Notes under the pieces: model-generated | Told to the model about the DNA's origin: nothing | Seen by the model: only the letters and a program-made list of their open reading frames with translations | Database searches by the model: none | Part shown: positions 46,357 through 57,044 of the stretch, in pieces | Layout: the number at the start of each line of letters is the position of its first letter | Numbering within the stretch: the first letter of the stretch is position 1 | Made by a program: the position numbers and the translations under genes | Assembly (NCBI GenBank): GCA_937770485.1 | Contig: CALJHX010000003.1 | Span: 60,415-124,414 of the forward strand | DNA length: 64,000 bases | Source of the DNA: an uncultured Verrucomicrobiae bacterium | Lineage (GTDB): Bacteria > Verrucomicrobiota > Verrucomicrobiia > Limisphaerales > UBA1096 | Direction of reading: 5' to 3'

Positions 46357-47085
46357 AAAAGCAACGCAAAAGCGAAACTCGAAAGTATTATGAATAACTG
46401 TAATATTAATCATTTTACACATAACTCAAAAGCATGCCTCGGTAAGAGACCACGCTGAGTGGTGTTCCCTTTGTATGGAGGGAAAGAAGATTGAGAAAGA
46501 ATTGTCAGCTAGAATTAAAAACATTCAATTATTTAAACGCCATAGGATAGTGGTAGAGTGGTGAAAGGGGTAATTGGTGGAAATTGATTTTCATATGACA
46601 CCTAGGATGACTGTCGTAGCCAACTGATGCAGCAAGTTATTGAGTGTATGATAAGTGGTTTTACCATGTGCCCTGGATGACACTATTTTATCCTGATTCA
46701 CAATGGTTAGTTCCTCTCAGGAAGTAACCAGTAATAATAAAATTAGGATGAAAGACGTTAATCTAACTATATGAGTCCTAAATGCTTTTCGCCTGTTTAA
46801 GAATAAAATCGCTGAGTTTATAGGGAAGTACCTCGGTCTTTTGAGACTCGGATTCTTTCGGTTTTAATTGCCGATGGCTATGTTTTGGGTTGTCTCTTAC
46901 ATTATTAATCAATCATATCAGATAACAATGCTATTATGTAAAGGTTCTTCATTTTAAAAGCTGCCTCAATGCATTTGCAGAATGAAGTAAATACCTGTTT
47001 TTTTCATTGAGATTGACTCGCCCTATCACGACTGACACTTTTCTCGCCTTATTTGGTGAGTGCTTAGTATAAGTTTACAGGAATT

Positions 47086-48117
47086 ATGTTTAACAAATCT
47101 AACATTAATAAAAGTCGAATTTCATCTGTTCTTTTTTTAGTGGTTTCTTGTGTGACTATTTTGGGAGAACAGAACGACATGCCTGTTCTTTTTGTCGAAA
47201 AGGAAACGTTCGATTTTGGCAAGGTAATCATCGGCGAGGATGTCGCGGTTCGTTTTGAAATACAAAACAAGGGGAAGCGTGACTTGCTTCTATATAATGT
47301 TTCCCCGTCTTGCGCCATTTGTACGGACGGTCTCTCTTGGCCAGATAAATTGGGGCCCGATGAAAAGGGCTTTATTGGTGCAAGATTACAAACTGGCGAA
47401 CTATATGGTTCGGTAGATCGAACACTATCAATTTACTCAAACCATAAAGAAAAAAGAAAAATCCTGCATGTAACGGGCCAAGTTTGGTCGCCTCTGGAAC
47501 TTAAGCCTTCCTATGCCTATTTTCCCATCTTGAATTCAATTGAGTCCAACACAAATTTGAGAGTTGGGATTCTAAGCAAGGTAGCGGAGGAAGTAATCCT
47601 TTCTCGCCCACGTTGCGACAACCCAAAATTTCAACCCAAACTTGTCACTGAGAAAAAGGGGAGGAAGTATACCCTAATTGTCCAGACAGTTCCCCCAATG
47701 GAGTTTGGCACTAACAGCGGACTGATCAGAATCGACACCAGTTATCCAGGATTGCCTAACATTCTAATCAGAGCAACCGCGAAAGTTACCCCACCTTTGG
47801 AATTTAGTCCTTCCATGATTTTCCTTAAGGCTGGTGACCTTAAGAATCCCATCAGAAAAACCGTCAGGCTTTCAGTCAACTCTACGGAGCCTGTTGAGTT
47901 TTTGGGGTATAGCCTAAACATTGAGGGTCCCACGGTTGAGGTCATGGAAAAGCAACCTAGTAAGTATATTAGATTCGCCATAGAGTTTCCTAAGGGTTTT
48001 CACGTTGATCCAAATTTAGAGGCATCATTATTGGTGAAGACGTCTCACAAGCAATTCAGCGAGTTGAAACTGCCCATCAAAGCCTACACCAATGTTTTCA
48101 GAAGCAAAAAAGATTAA
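47086..48117 (+). CDS. DUF1573 domain protein (ASH/Ig-like fold)
   Basis: FDFGKVIIGEDVAVRFEIQNKGKRDLLLYNVSPSCAIC fits the DUF1573 signature (.FDFG.v..G......f...N.G...L.i..v..sC.C). Confidence 0.7.
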   Translation: MFNKSNINKSRISSVLFLVVSCVTILGEQNDMPVLFVEKETFDFGKVIIGEDVAVRFEIQNKGKRDLLLYNVSPSCAICTDGLSWPDKLGPDEKGFIGARLQTGELYGSVDRTLSIYSNHKEKRKILHVTGQVWSPLELKPSYAYFPILNSIESNTNLRVGILSKVAEEVILSRPRCDNPKFQPKLVTEKKGRKYTLIVQTVPPMEFGTNSGLIRIDTSYPGLPNILIRATAKVTPPLEFSPSMIFLKAGDLKNPIRKTVRLSVNSTEPVEFLGYSLNIEGPTVEVMEKQPSKYIRFAIEFPKGFHVDPNLEASLLVKTSHKQFSELKLPIKAYTNVFRSKKD

Positions 48118-48156
48118 AGAGCCACTTTTCTTGGTTGCGTATATGAGTATTAGACG

Positions 48157-51100
48157 GTGAATTGCTTTCCCTACAATAATTATTGCGCCGGAAATTTCGT
48201 TAGGCTGATTTTTTCTGTTTTCTTTCTAAGTTTCGAAAGCCCAGGAGTTCCTGCCAACTCACCAGATAATAATTTACAAAAGGGATATTCTTCCAGAGAA
48301 CTGAATATCCAATCTCGTGGGACTTCCAATACTTTCTACAGAATACCTCACGAGAAAACTGGGGTTCAATTTGTGAACCAAGTGGATGAATGGGAGGCAT
48401 CCCAAAACAGGGTTCTCTACAACGGTGCAGGTATTGCCGTGGGAGATTATAACAAGGATGGATGGCCGGACATTTTCCTTTGTGCCATCGATGGCAATTC
48501 AGTCTTGTACAAGAACAACGGCAACTGGACCTTTGCGGACACCACCTCCTCGTCCGGCTTGCAAGAACTGGGACACCGTCACCGGGGAGCGGTATTTGCT
48601 GATTTAAATGGGGATGACTGGTTGGATTTGCTCGTAGGGACAGTGGATCGTGGGATCAGGACGTTCATTAATCAGCGTGGTGTATATCAGGAAATGTCCC
48701 AGGCTTCAGGGCTGGCTGGAGTGTATGCACCCATGACCATGGCTTTGGCAGATGTTGACAGTAATGGGACCCTGGACCTGTATGTCACCAATAACCGGCC
48801 CTCAGATATTAGGGATGAGGGCTCAATTACATTGAGGCGTGTTGGAGGCAAATTGGTAATCCCAGCGAAGTACAGAAACCGGCTGATTGTATCCGGTGGT
48901 ATCGTTAAGGAATACGGGTCGGCTGATTTCCTGTTTCTAAATGACGGGAAAGCTATTTTCAGGAAATCTAGTTGGACAGAGGGGAGATTCCTCACTCCCC
49001 AAGGTGAACCGTTAAGTGATGCACCTTTGGATTGGGGGCTGTCTGCGGCGTTTCATGACATCAATCACGATGGCCTTCCGGATTTGTACGTATGCAATGA
49101 TTTTTGGACTCCAGACAGGTTCTGGATAAACCAAGGAGACGCTTTCAAATTATTAGACCCGGAAAAATTTGGCAAGACATCTGCAAGTTCAATGGGCGTG
49201 GATTTTTCCGATTATGACAGGGATGGGGATGTGGACCTTTTTGTGGTGGATATGTTGAGCAGGGATTTGGAGATGCGCAAGCGACAGGCTCCCGCTCAGG
49301 ACTTGTCGGATCGTCTGGTGAACCAAGGTAAATACGCAGACCAAGTCATGAGGAACACCCTGTTGAATAATCGCGGCGACGGTTCCTTTGCAGAATTGGC
49401 AAACATGGCTGGATTGTCTGCATCAGACTGGTCTTGGTCGCCTTTTTTTCTGGATGTGGATCTGGATGGCTATGAGGATTTGATCATCACTGCTGGCCAC
49501 TACAAGGACACACAGGACTTGGACGTCAACGCACTGATTCAGACCAGGCAGAAGCCAAGAGACAGATCGCTTACCGCACAACAAAGAAAGTTGCAGTTTT
49601 CAAAAGAGATGATGGAAAACAACCGTCTCTACCCCAGTTTGGATTTACCCATCATCACATTTCGGAATGAGGGCAATGGTGTGTTTGAGGAGAAGACCTT
49701 ACAGTGGGGGACGAGTGACAATGGGATTCATCATGGGATGGCTTTGGCTGATTTTGACTTGGACGGCGACATGGATTTGATCGTAAACAACATGAATCAG
49801 GAAGCGGGGCTTTATGAAAACAGGTTTATGGCACCACGCCTTGCCGTAATATTGCACGGTGAGTCTCCTAATACTAGTGGCATAGGTAGCAAGGTTTCGC
49901 TGACTGGTGGCGCTGTGGAGGTACAAACCAAGGAAATAGTTTCCGGAGGGCGATTCCTTTCCGGTTCGGAAACAAAAGTTGTCTTTGGCACCGGAAGCGG
50001 GTCAAACAAAATGAGCCTCGTCGTGGAGTGGCGAAGCGGAAAAACGAGTGTAATTGATCAAGTTAAACAGAATTGTCTCTACCATGTTTACGAAAAGGGT
50101 TCATCCGAAGACAAAAAAGATAAAAAACTATTGCCGACTTCTCCTTTATTCGAGAAGTTGAGTGAGAGCATATATCATGTACATGTGGAGAATGTGTTCG
50201 ATGATTTTGCCAATCAACCGCTTTTGCCATTCAAACTGAGCCAAGCAGGCCCGGCAGTCTGTGTGTACGATATTAATGCAGACCATTGGGATGACTTGAT
50301 CGTTGGTTGCAGCGCGGGTGGCCGGCTTCATGTGTTTCTTAACGATCAAAACGGCGGTTTTAGGCAATTGTCGGTCAGCCAGGTTTCTCAAGATGATGTG
50401 GCTTCCATTTTTTCCCTTGGCACAGGCAAAGAAAATGAGTTTTTCACCATCAACTGCGGCTATGAAGGCGGCAGTGGTGTCATTTTGAGCCGCCATCAGT
50501 TGGTGGAAGAAAAAATTCTTTCCAATAGCGTTATGAGTATCCCCATTAAATCGGTGGGTGCCGTTGCCCAGGCGGATATAGATGGCGATGGTGACCTTGA
50601 TTTGTTTCTTGGAGGAGGGGTTTACCCGGGGAAATATCCTGAATCATCAAAGTCTGCAATTTATCTTCAGAATGGACCCCAGTTTGTACCTGATAGTTCC
50701 AACGCAAAAACCCTTTTGGGGTTGGGGGTCGTGAATGGTGCCGTCTGGTCTGATTTGGATGCGGATGGATATCCCGAATTGATCACAGCAGGGCACTGGC
50801 AGCCTGTTCGTATCTTTAAAAATGTGAAAGGCATCCTGAAGAATGTGACCAAAGAGATGGGGTTGGAGGGATTCACTGGTTTATGGAATTCCGTTCAAGT
50901 TGGAGATATCAATGGAGATGGCAGAATGGACTTGGTAGCTGGGAACTGGGGTTTGAACAGTCCCTACAAGTTGCCCCCCGAGAAGCCCTTGAACCTTGTT
51001 TTCGGTGATATTAATCAGGACGGAACCAACGAGCTCATCGAAAGTGATTATAATGCGGGAGTGCTTGTTCCAGTTCGGACATTCAAGGATTTGGCCGGGC

Positions 51101-51846
51101 CCATGCCGTTCCTGTATTCACAATTCAAGAGTTTCAGGCAGTTCAGTCGAGCAAGTGTCGCCCAAGTGCTTGGTGACACCCAAGCAAAGGCGAGGTTGCT
51201 TTCTGTACAAACATTGCATTCCTGCGTGTTCATCAATGAAGGGAATCGCTTTAGAATGGCAAACTTACCGGATGCAGTCCAGAGGGCTCCCACTCATGGC
51301 ATTGTTGTTGACGATTTTGACGGGGACGGTATTGAGGATTTGTTCCTCGCGCAGAACTTCTTCCCGACACGAACCCAGAGTGAGCGGTTGGATGCATCGA
51401 GGGGCGTTCTCCTGAAGGGGCAAGGGACGGGAAACTTCACGGTCCTGGAATCTAAGCAAAGTGGAATTAATCTTGTCGGTGACCAAAGAGCCGCAGTTTC
51501 AGGAGATTTCGACCGCGATGGAATGAGTGATCTTGTCGTGACACGGAACAGTGGAGAGACCGGTCTATTTCTTAATAAATCGAAAAAAATCGGATTGCGT
51601 GTGGTGGTTCAGGGGGCTGCGGGGAATACCCATGGAATAGGATCTGTTTTGAGGTTGAAATATCATGACGGGATGGGCCCGGCTCGCCAAATCACTGGGA
51701 GCAGCGGTTACCGTTCACAGGGTAGTTCCGTTCAAGTGTTACACGCAATTCGGCCGGTTGAATCCGTTTGGATACAGAAACCCGACGGCAAGATTCTGAC
51801 CCATGAAATAAAGAAGGGCACGCGTGAGGTGAGGATCAACTATTAA
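48157..51846 (+). CDS. FG-GAP/VCBS repeat protein with ASPIC/UnbV domains (CRTAC1-like)
   Basis: Many ..D.DGDG..DL.v.. FG-GAP-type repeats. Two UnbV/ASPIC-like segments: GIGSKVSLTGGAVEVQTKEIVSGGRFLSGSE and GIGSVLRLKYHDG..ITGSSGYRSQGS. GTG start, so the exact start is uncertain. Confidence 0.8.
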   Translation: MNCFPYNNYCAGNFVRLIFSVFFLSFESPGVPANSPDNNLQKGYSSRELNIQSRGTSNTFYRIPHEKTGVQFVNQVDEWEASQNRVLYNGAGIAVGDYNKDGWPDIFLCAIDGNSVLYKNNGNWTFADTTSSSGLQELGHRHRGAVFADLNGDDWLDLLVGTVDRGIRTFINQRGVYQEMSQASGLAGVYAPMTMALADVDSNGTLDLYVTNNRPSDIRDEGSITLRRVGGKLVIPAKYRNRLIVSGGIVKEYGSADFLFLNDGKAIFRKSSWTEGRFLTPQGEPLSDAPLDWGLSAAFHDINHDGLPDLYVCNDFWTPDRFWINQGDAFKLLDPEKFGKTSASSMGVDFSDYDRDGDVDLFVVDMLSRDLEMRKRQAPAQDLSDRLVNQGKYADQVMRNTLLNNRGDGSFAELANMAGLSASDWSWSPFFLDVDLDGYEDLIITAGHYKDTQDLDVNALIQTRQKPRDRSLTAQQRKLQFSKEMMENNRLYPSLDLPIITFRNEGNGVFEEKTLQWGTSDNGIHHGMALADFDLDGDMDLIVNNMNQEAGLYENRFMAPRLAVILHGESPNTSGIGSKVSLTGGAVEVQTKEIVSGGRFLSGSETKVVFGTGSGSNKMSLVVEWRSGKTSVIDQVKQNCLYHVYEKGSSEDKKDKKLLPTSPLFEKLSESIYHVHVENVFDDFANQPLLPFKLSQAGPAVCVYDINADHWDDLIVGCSAGGRLHVFLNDQNGGFRQLSVSQVSQDDVASIFSLGTGKENEFFTINCGYEGGSGVILSRHQLVEEKILSNSVMSIPIKSVGAVAQADIDGDGDLDLFLGGGVYPGKYPESSKSAIYLQNGPQFVPDSSNAKTLLGLGVVNGAVWSDLDADGYPELITAGHWQPVRIFKNVKGILKNVTKEMGLEGFTGLWNSVQVGDINGDGRMDLVAGNWGLNSPYKLPPEKPLNLVFGDINQDGTNELIESDYNAGVLVPVRTFKDLAGPMPFLYSQFKSFRQFSRASVAQVLGDTQAKARLLSVQTLHSCVFINEGNRFRMANLPDAVQRAPTHGIVVDDFDGDGIEDLFLAQNFFPTRTQSERLDASRGVLLKGQGTGNFTVLESKQSGINLVGDQRAAVSGDFDRDGMSDLVVTRNSGETGLFLNKSKKIGLRVVVQGAAGNTHGIGSVLRLKYHDGMGPARQITGSSGYRSQGSSVQVLHAIRPVESVWIQKPDGKILTHEIKKGTREVRINY

Positions 51847-51938
51847 ACATGAACCCCTTTCTTGTTTAAGTCCTTGACTGGCGTAACCCTCCAATCACTA
51901 ATTACGTCTTTTCAGTCAACACATCGAACGTTAGTGCT

Positions 51939-52670
51939 ATGAAAACGAAGCAAACTGGATTCACCCTCATCGAACTGTTGGTTGTCATCGCCATCATTGC
52001 CATCCTGGCCAGCCTACTGCTTCCCGCCCTGGGCAGGGCCAAGAGCAAAGCCCGACAAACGGTCTGCATGAGCAACCAAAAACAACTTGGCCTGACTATG
52101 GCAATGTATGCAGAGGATTTTGAAGGAAAGTTCCCTCTCTCATTAGCTGGTTCTACACAGCAGCACGCCAACTGGTTGGTTATTATGCACGAGGTGGGCT
52201 ATCTCAGTACCATGGATTTGTTCAGCGATCCCGCCGATGTCGAAGGATCCCACAATTCGTTCGACTTCCGGAAAAGAACCATCAAGATCGGAAACAAGAG
52301 CCGGGACATTGTTTTTTCATATGGTGCCAGTGAGCAACTGGTTGGCCCGGCCAACATCAAGTACAAGAAAATCAGTCAAGTACCGGTGCCGGACAAGATC
52401 CTTTTATTTGCGTGTGCCAATTACATGGTCGTACCATTCTGGGATCACGAGCGGGTCTACAATGCCAGTGGCCCACACCCAGCAGGGCAAACGACTAATC
52501 CTCCAAATGAACGCTATGCCCGCCACAACTCGGGAAAAAACAACAGGCCGAACAAGCAAAGTAAAGGTGGCAACAACATAACTTTTGCCGATCTTCACTA
52601 TGAGTACAAAAACCAGTACTACATCGACAGAAACCTCTCGTGGTATGAGAATCATAAACCAATGCAATAA
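51939..52670 (+). CDS. Prepilin-type N-terminal cleavage/methylation domain protein (pseudopilin-like)
   Basis: [38 protein letters not shown]. It is a paralog of the gene at 28853. Confidence 0.85.
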   Translation: MKTKQTGFTLIELLVVIAIIAILASLLLPALGRAKSKARQTVCMSNQKQLGLTMAMYAEDFEGKFPLSLAGSTQQHANWLVIMHEVGYLSTMDLFSDPADVEGSHNSFDFRKRTIKIGNKSRDIVFSYGASEQLVGPANIKYKKISQVPVPDKILLFACANYMVVPFWDHERVYNASGPHPAGQTTNPPNERYARHNSGKNNRPNKQSKGGNNITFADLHYEYKNQYYIDRNLSWYENHKPMQ

Positions 52671-52728
52671 AATTTGATCGGTGTTTCTTTTATAAAGGTT
52701 TTAGAAGCACCTCTTTTATTCTCATTAT

Positions 52729-52837
52729 TTATTAATTGAAGCACTTGACTGTGCTTCATTTACACATTTTAGGTGGTTTTTCTTTTTTTCATCTCTTTAT
52801 TCTTCTTTTTTTATTAATTAAAGCACTTGACTGAGCT
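52729..52837 (+). promoter_or_regulatory. Duplicated TTATTAATT(G/A)AAGCACTTGACTG(T/A)GCT box; the first copy contains a perfect palindrome
   Basis: Copies lie at 52729-52755 and 52811-52837. GAAGCAC-TTGACT-GTGCTTC at 52738-52757 is a 7-bp inverted repeat around a TTGACT (-35-like) hexamer. The gene start is at 52903. Confidence 0.4.
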
Positions 52838-52902
52838 ATATCATGCTGCAAAGTAAGAACTTCTTTGCCAACTGAGTAGTTATTTTATTAATTAATAATA
52901 GC

Positions 52903-55900
52903 ATGAAACGTCTATTACAAACCGTATTGGTGAGCAGCTTTTTGGCTGCCAGTTCTGTCACCTACGCTCAGAGCGTAGCCCAACCGGGAGATCCGGTTAT
53001 TGCCTCTTCTGCAAACAGTCCCGGATCCGAGGGTGTAGCGAATGCAATTGATGGAAAACCCACAAAATACCTGAATTTTGACGGTAAAGATGGAAACCCC
53101 TCTGGGTTTATCGTTTCCCCTTCTTTGGGCAAAACACTTGTTACTGGCCTTTCGATGCAGACGGCGAATGATGGGCCGGATCGTGATGTCAAGGTGGTTA
53201 CACTCGAAGGGTCTAATGATGCAGAGGCAACCGCATGGGATGCAGGTAACTGGGAGTTGATCGTTCAGTTAGATGATATCCCTGCAATTGAGGATCGTTT
53301 TACAACTCAGACGTTTAGTTTTGAGAATAAAAAAGGTTTCATGCACTACCGCTGGACGGTGGTCGATACTCAGGGCCCAAGTACTTGTTGTATGCAAATC
53401 GCAGAGGTTGGCTTTTTGGGAGGTGTTTACTCTGGGCCGACTGATGTAACGCAGCCAGGTGATGCTATCATAGCATCTTCGGCAAATAGTCCGGGTTCTG
53501 AAGGGGTTGCCAATGCAATTGATGGGCAACCGACCAAGTATTTGAATTTTGATGGTAAAGACAGTCAACCATCAGGATTTGTTGTTACACCTTCACTGGG
53601 TATGACCTATGTGACAGGAATGGCCTTGCAGTCAGCAAATGATGGCCCAGATCGGGACCCGAAGTCGATTACACTTGAAGGGTCCAATGACGATGAGATA
53701 ACAGCATATGATGAGGGTAATTGGCAGTTAATCACTCAAATAGATGATATCCCTGCATGGACAGGTCGTTTTCAAACAAAAGAATTGTTTTTTGAAAATG
53801 ATCGAGCATTTAAACACTACCGTTGGGTTGTATTGGATACACAAGGACCTAGTACTTGCTGCTTGCAGATCGCTGAGGTCGAACTACTTGGGGCGGTTCC
53901 TCCGTCTGATGTCACAAGCCCTGGAGATGCCTTGATTGCATCTTCTGCCAATAGTCCGGGTTCTGAAGGCGTAGCTAATGCGATCGATGGACAGCCGACG
54001 AAGTATTTGAATTTTGACGGTAAAAACAGTGTGCCATCCGGTTTCGTAGTGACCCCTTCGATTGGCAAGACTGTTATTACTGGTGTGCATATGCAATCAG
54101 CAAACGATGGCCCGGATCGTGATGTGAAAGTTGTTAGGATTGAGGGATCCAATGATAACGAAATTGCAGACTACGATTCTGGGAATTGGCAATTGATCAC
54201 AGAGATGAATGTTCCTGCTTACACGGGTCGTTTTCAGTCTCAAGTGCTCATGTTTGATAATGTTTGGGCTTTCAAGCATTACAGGTGGATAGCGGTTGAC
54301 ACGCAGGGGCCGAGTACCTGCTGTATGCAGATCGCAGAAGTAGAACTGCTGGGTGGAGCTGCTCCAAAGGATGTTACATCACCAGGTGATGCAGTATTCG
54401 CAAGTTCAGCTAACAGCCCCGGTTCTGAGGGTGTTGCTAACGCAATCGATGGCCAACCCACAAAATACTTGAACTTTGATGGGAAGAATAGTGTTCCCTC
54501 AGGTTTTGTGGTTACTCCAGGAATTGGCGCTACGACAATTACAGGAGTATCTATGCAGACCGCAAATGATGGTCCTGACAGAGATGTAAAGGTCCTTTTA
54601 ATTGAGGGAACAAATGATGTTGTTTCTGGTTGGGATGACGGCGCTAGCTGGACACAGATTATCCAGATTGATGACATTCCAGCAATTGAAGATCGTTTCA
54701 CAAACCAAGAATTTTATTTTGCAAACGACAAATCTTACACCAGTTACAGGTGGACTGCAGTAGATACGCAAGGGCCGAGCACTTGCTGTATGCAGATTGC
54801 TGAAGTGGAGTTTTTAGCCGCCACAACATCAGTTGACTGTGACTTGGCCGCATTCAAGCGGCAGCCTGTCGACGCGGTTGTGCTGGATGGGGAACCGGCC
54901 ACGTTCCTGGTGGAGGTGAACGGTCCCTGGCCACTGCAGTGGCACAAAAATGGAGAGCCGATTTCGGGAGCGGTTTCAACCAGCTACACAACTGAAGCGG
55001 TTAACGCAGGAAATATATCTGACAAGTATTCCGTTCAGATAGTGGGATGTGAAATGAGTGCCGAGGTAGTTGCGAGCATCCATGATCCGAGCGCGCACCC
55101 GGTTAGCATCGGTCTTAACTTTAATGGTGGAGGTGCCAATGGTGCTCCAACTGCCTCACTTCCGACAGATATAGCTGGAGTTCAGCTTCAGGCATATTGG
55201 AATAATATTGCGAACAATACCGGAAATAATGAGGAGGTGCTGCTGGATAGTCTTGGTAAAGATGCCTTGGGAGTTGAAGACTATGAAATTACAGTCGATT
55301 TTGCTTCTGCGGGCAATTGGGGTGCGGGAACAGGTGATGCAAATCCGACTCAGAGATTACTTAATGGAACACTGGTAGGGCGGGGAGGCGATTCGCATAT
55401 AGAATTCCAGGAGATTCCAGATGGAAATCACACCCTGATCGTCTATACGGTCGGAATTCCACTTCAGTTTCAAAACCAATACTACAAGGTTGTAGGGGAA
55501 GAGGAGGACTCAGATCGCGTAATTTACACCGATCAGATGAATGCGGATCAATATAATCCCATTCAGCGGTTTTTCCGTGGCTCGAGTGAAGATTCAAACA
55601 ATAGGACACTATCAAACTATGTGAGATTTGATAATGTAAAACCAGTTGAAGGTTATGTTCGGCTTGAGTGGGGCACAACAACAACTGGTTTTGATAGGGG
55701 TGTTGCTGTCAATGCTGTTCAGTTGATCTTGAATAATCCGGCATTGTCAATCGATCCCCCCTCAGTCACGTCTAATCCGACACCAACTATCGCTCAGGAG
55801 GGAAGTGCAGCTTCGATCTCAGTTGCAGCAACTGGCGAGGGGTTGACCTACCAGTGGCTTAAGAACGGTGCTGCCATCCCTGATGGCGGAAAAATTAGTG

Positions 55901-57009
55901 GCGCAACGACAGGGACTATAGTTGTCAATGGTCTATCGGAAGCCGAAGAGGGCTTTTATAGTTTGGCTATTTTTAATGAAGCAGGGAGCGTTATCACATC
56001 AAAAGCTAAACTTTCGATGGTTTCCAGTGGAGCCACGATGTCAGATGACTTGGTTGTTCACCTGAAGTTCGACGAAACCAGTGGAACAACGAGTTCAAAC
56101 TCTGGTTCGGGTACTGATACAGCAACTATTTATGATGATTACGGTGACCCGAACGAGGAGCCAATTGGTGCGGAAGGACTTGTCGGGAACGGAATACTGA
56201 TTAATGGCGCTGAAAGTGAGACTTACGCTTTCGGAGTTTTGGATAATTATCCCAAGATCAATGACAACGGAACGGTTTCTCTTTGGTTAAATACTCCGGG
56301 AATAGATGGTGAATCGGCCGTTGTTGTGAGAAATGGATCAGCCGTTAGTATTGTAACTGAAAACCAGTTTCAAATTACAATAACGAACAATCTCGATGGA
56401 GAGCCGGTTTTGGGCTGTGCCATTTCAGCAGGACCCAATGTGATGAACATAGTCGACACCGAAGCGCTAGCTCTAGACGAGTGGGTTCATGTTGCACTGA
56501 CTGTAGATGGAGGTCAGCTAAGGTTATACAAGAATGGCAAATTAATCGGAGTGGCCGATTATTTGGATAGAATTAATGGATCAACGGAGGACTGGTTGGC
56601 TATCGGGGCGAACCTCACTTTGGTTCAGGAGGAAGGTGAAGATCCTTACTTTGCAATGGATGAAGCAAACCCTCAGGCATTCTCTGGAACTCTTGATGAT
56701 TTAGCCTTGTGGCACACCTCAAGAAGTGCTGAGGAGATCGAGTCGATTTATGCTAAAGGTGTTGCAGGATCGGATGCCACAAGTGCAACTGTTACAATTC
56801 CGGATTTCGTGGAACCCGGAGAGGTCAGTGGCACGGAACCGACTATTAGTTTGGCGCGCAATAATGATGGAACGGTCACAGTAACGTATAATGGTACATT
56901 ACAGTCTGCTCCTTCAGCAAACGGCCCGTGGGAGGATGTAGCAGGAGCGACAAGTCCGCTTACTATTGAGGCAGATGCTCCAGTAACATTTGCACGAAGC
57001 CGTAATTGA
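52903..57009 (+). CDS. Giant secreted protein: four F5/8 type C (discoidin)-like modules, two Ig-like modules, a LamG-like module and the shared C-terminal module
   Basis: 4 x (SSANSPGSEGVANAIDG.PTKYLNFDGK..NDGPDRD.K..EGSND..HYRW...DTQGPSTCC.QIAEVE.LG). Ig-like segments: ..LQWHKNGEPISGA and ..LTYQWLKNGAAIPDG. LamG segment: DEWVHVALTVDGGQLRLYKNGKLIG..FSGTLDDLALW. Confidence 0.7.
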   Translation: MKRLLQTVLVSSFLAASSVTYAQSVAQPGDPVIASSANSPGSEGVANAIDGKPTKYLNFDGKDGNPSGFIVSPSLGKTLVTGLSMQTANDGPDRDVKVVTLEGSNDAEATAWDAGNWELIVQLDDIPAIEDRFTTQTFSFENKKGFMHYRWTVVDTQGPSTCCMQIAEVGFLGGVYSGPTDVTQPGDAIIASSANSPGSEGVANAIDGQPTKYLNFDGKDSQPSGFVVTPSLGMTYVTGMALQSANDGPDRDPKSITLEGSNDDEITAYDEGNWQLITQIDDIPAWTGRFQTKELFFENDRAFKHYRWVVLDTQGPSTCCLQIAEVELLGAVPPSDVTSPGDALIASSANSPGSEGVANAIDGQPTKYLNFDGKNSVPSGFVVTPSIGKTVITGVHMQSANDGPDRDVKVVRIEGSNDNEIADYDSGNWQLITEMNVPAYTGRFQSQVLMFDNVWAFKHYRWIAVDTQGPSTCCMQIAEVELLGGAAPKDVTSPGDAVFASSANSPGSEGVANAIDGQPTKYLNFDGKNSVPSGFVVTPGIGATTITGVSMQTANDGPDRDVKVLLIEGTNDVVSGWDDGASWTQIIQIDDIPAIEDRFTNQEFYFANDKSYTSYRWTAVDTQGPSTCCMQIAEVEFLAATTSVDCDLAAFKRQPVDAVVLDGEPATFLVEVNGPWPLQWHKNGEPISGAVSTSYTTEAVNAGNISDKYSVQIVGCEMSAEVVASIHDPSAHPVSIGLNFNGGGANGAPTASLPTDIAGVQLQAYWNNIANNTGNNEEVLLDSLGKDALGVEDYEITVDFASAGNWGAGTGDANPTQRLLNGTLVGRGGDSHIEFQEIPDGNHTLIVYTVGIPLQFQNQYYKVVGEEEDSDRVIYTDQMNADQYNPIQRFFRGSSEDSNNRTLSNYVRFDNVKPVEGYVRLEWGTTTTGFDRGVAVNAVQLILNNPALSIDPPSVTSNPTPTIAQEGSAASISVAATGEGLTYQWLKNGAAIPDGGKISGATTGTIVVNGLSEAEEGFYSLAIFNEAGSVITSKAKLSMVSSGATMSDDLVVHLKFDETSGTTSSNSGSGTDTATIYDDYGDPNEEPIGAEGLVGNGILINGAESETYAFGVLDNYPKINDNGTVSLWLNTPGIDGESAVVVRNGSAVSIVTENQFQITITNNLDGEPVLGCAISAGPNVMNIVDTEALALDEWVHVALTVDGGQLRLYKNGKLIGVADYLDRINGSTEDWLAIGANLTLVQEEGEDPYFAMDEANPQAFSGTLDDLALWHTSRSAEEIESIYAKGVAGSDATSATVTIPDFVEPGEVSGTEPTISLARNNDGTVTVTYNGTLQSAPSANGPWEDVAGATSPLTIEADAPVTFARSRN

Positions 57010-57044
57010 TTTAGTTAGATTAACTAAAACGAGAACACACACCA

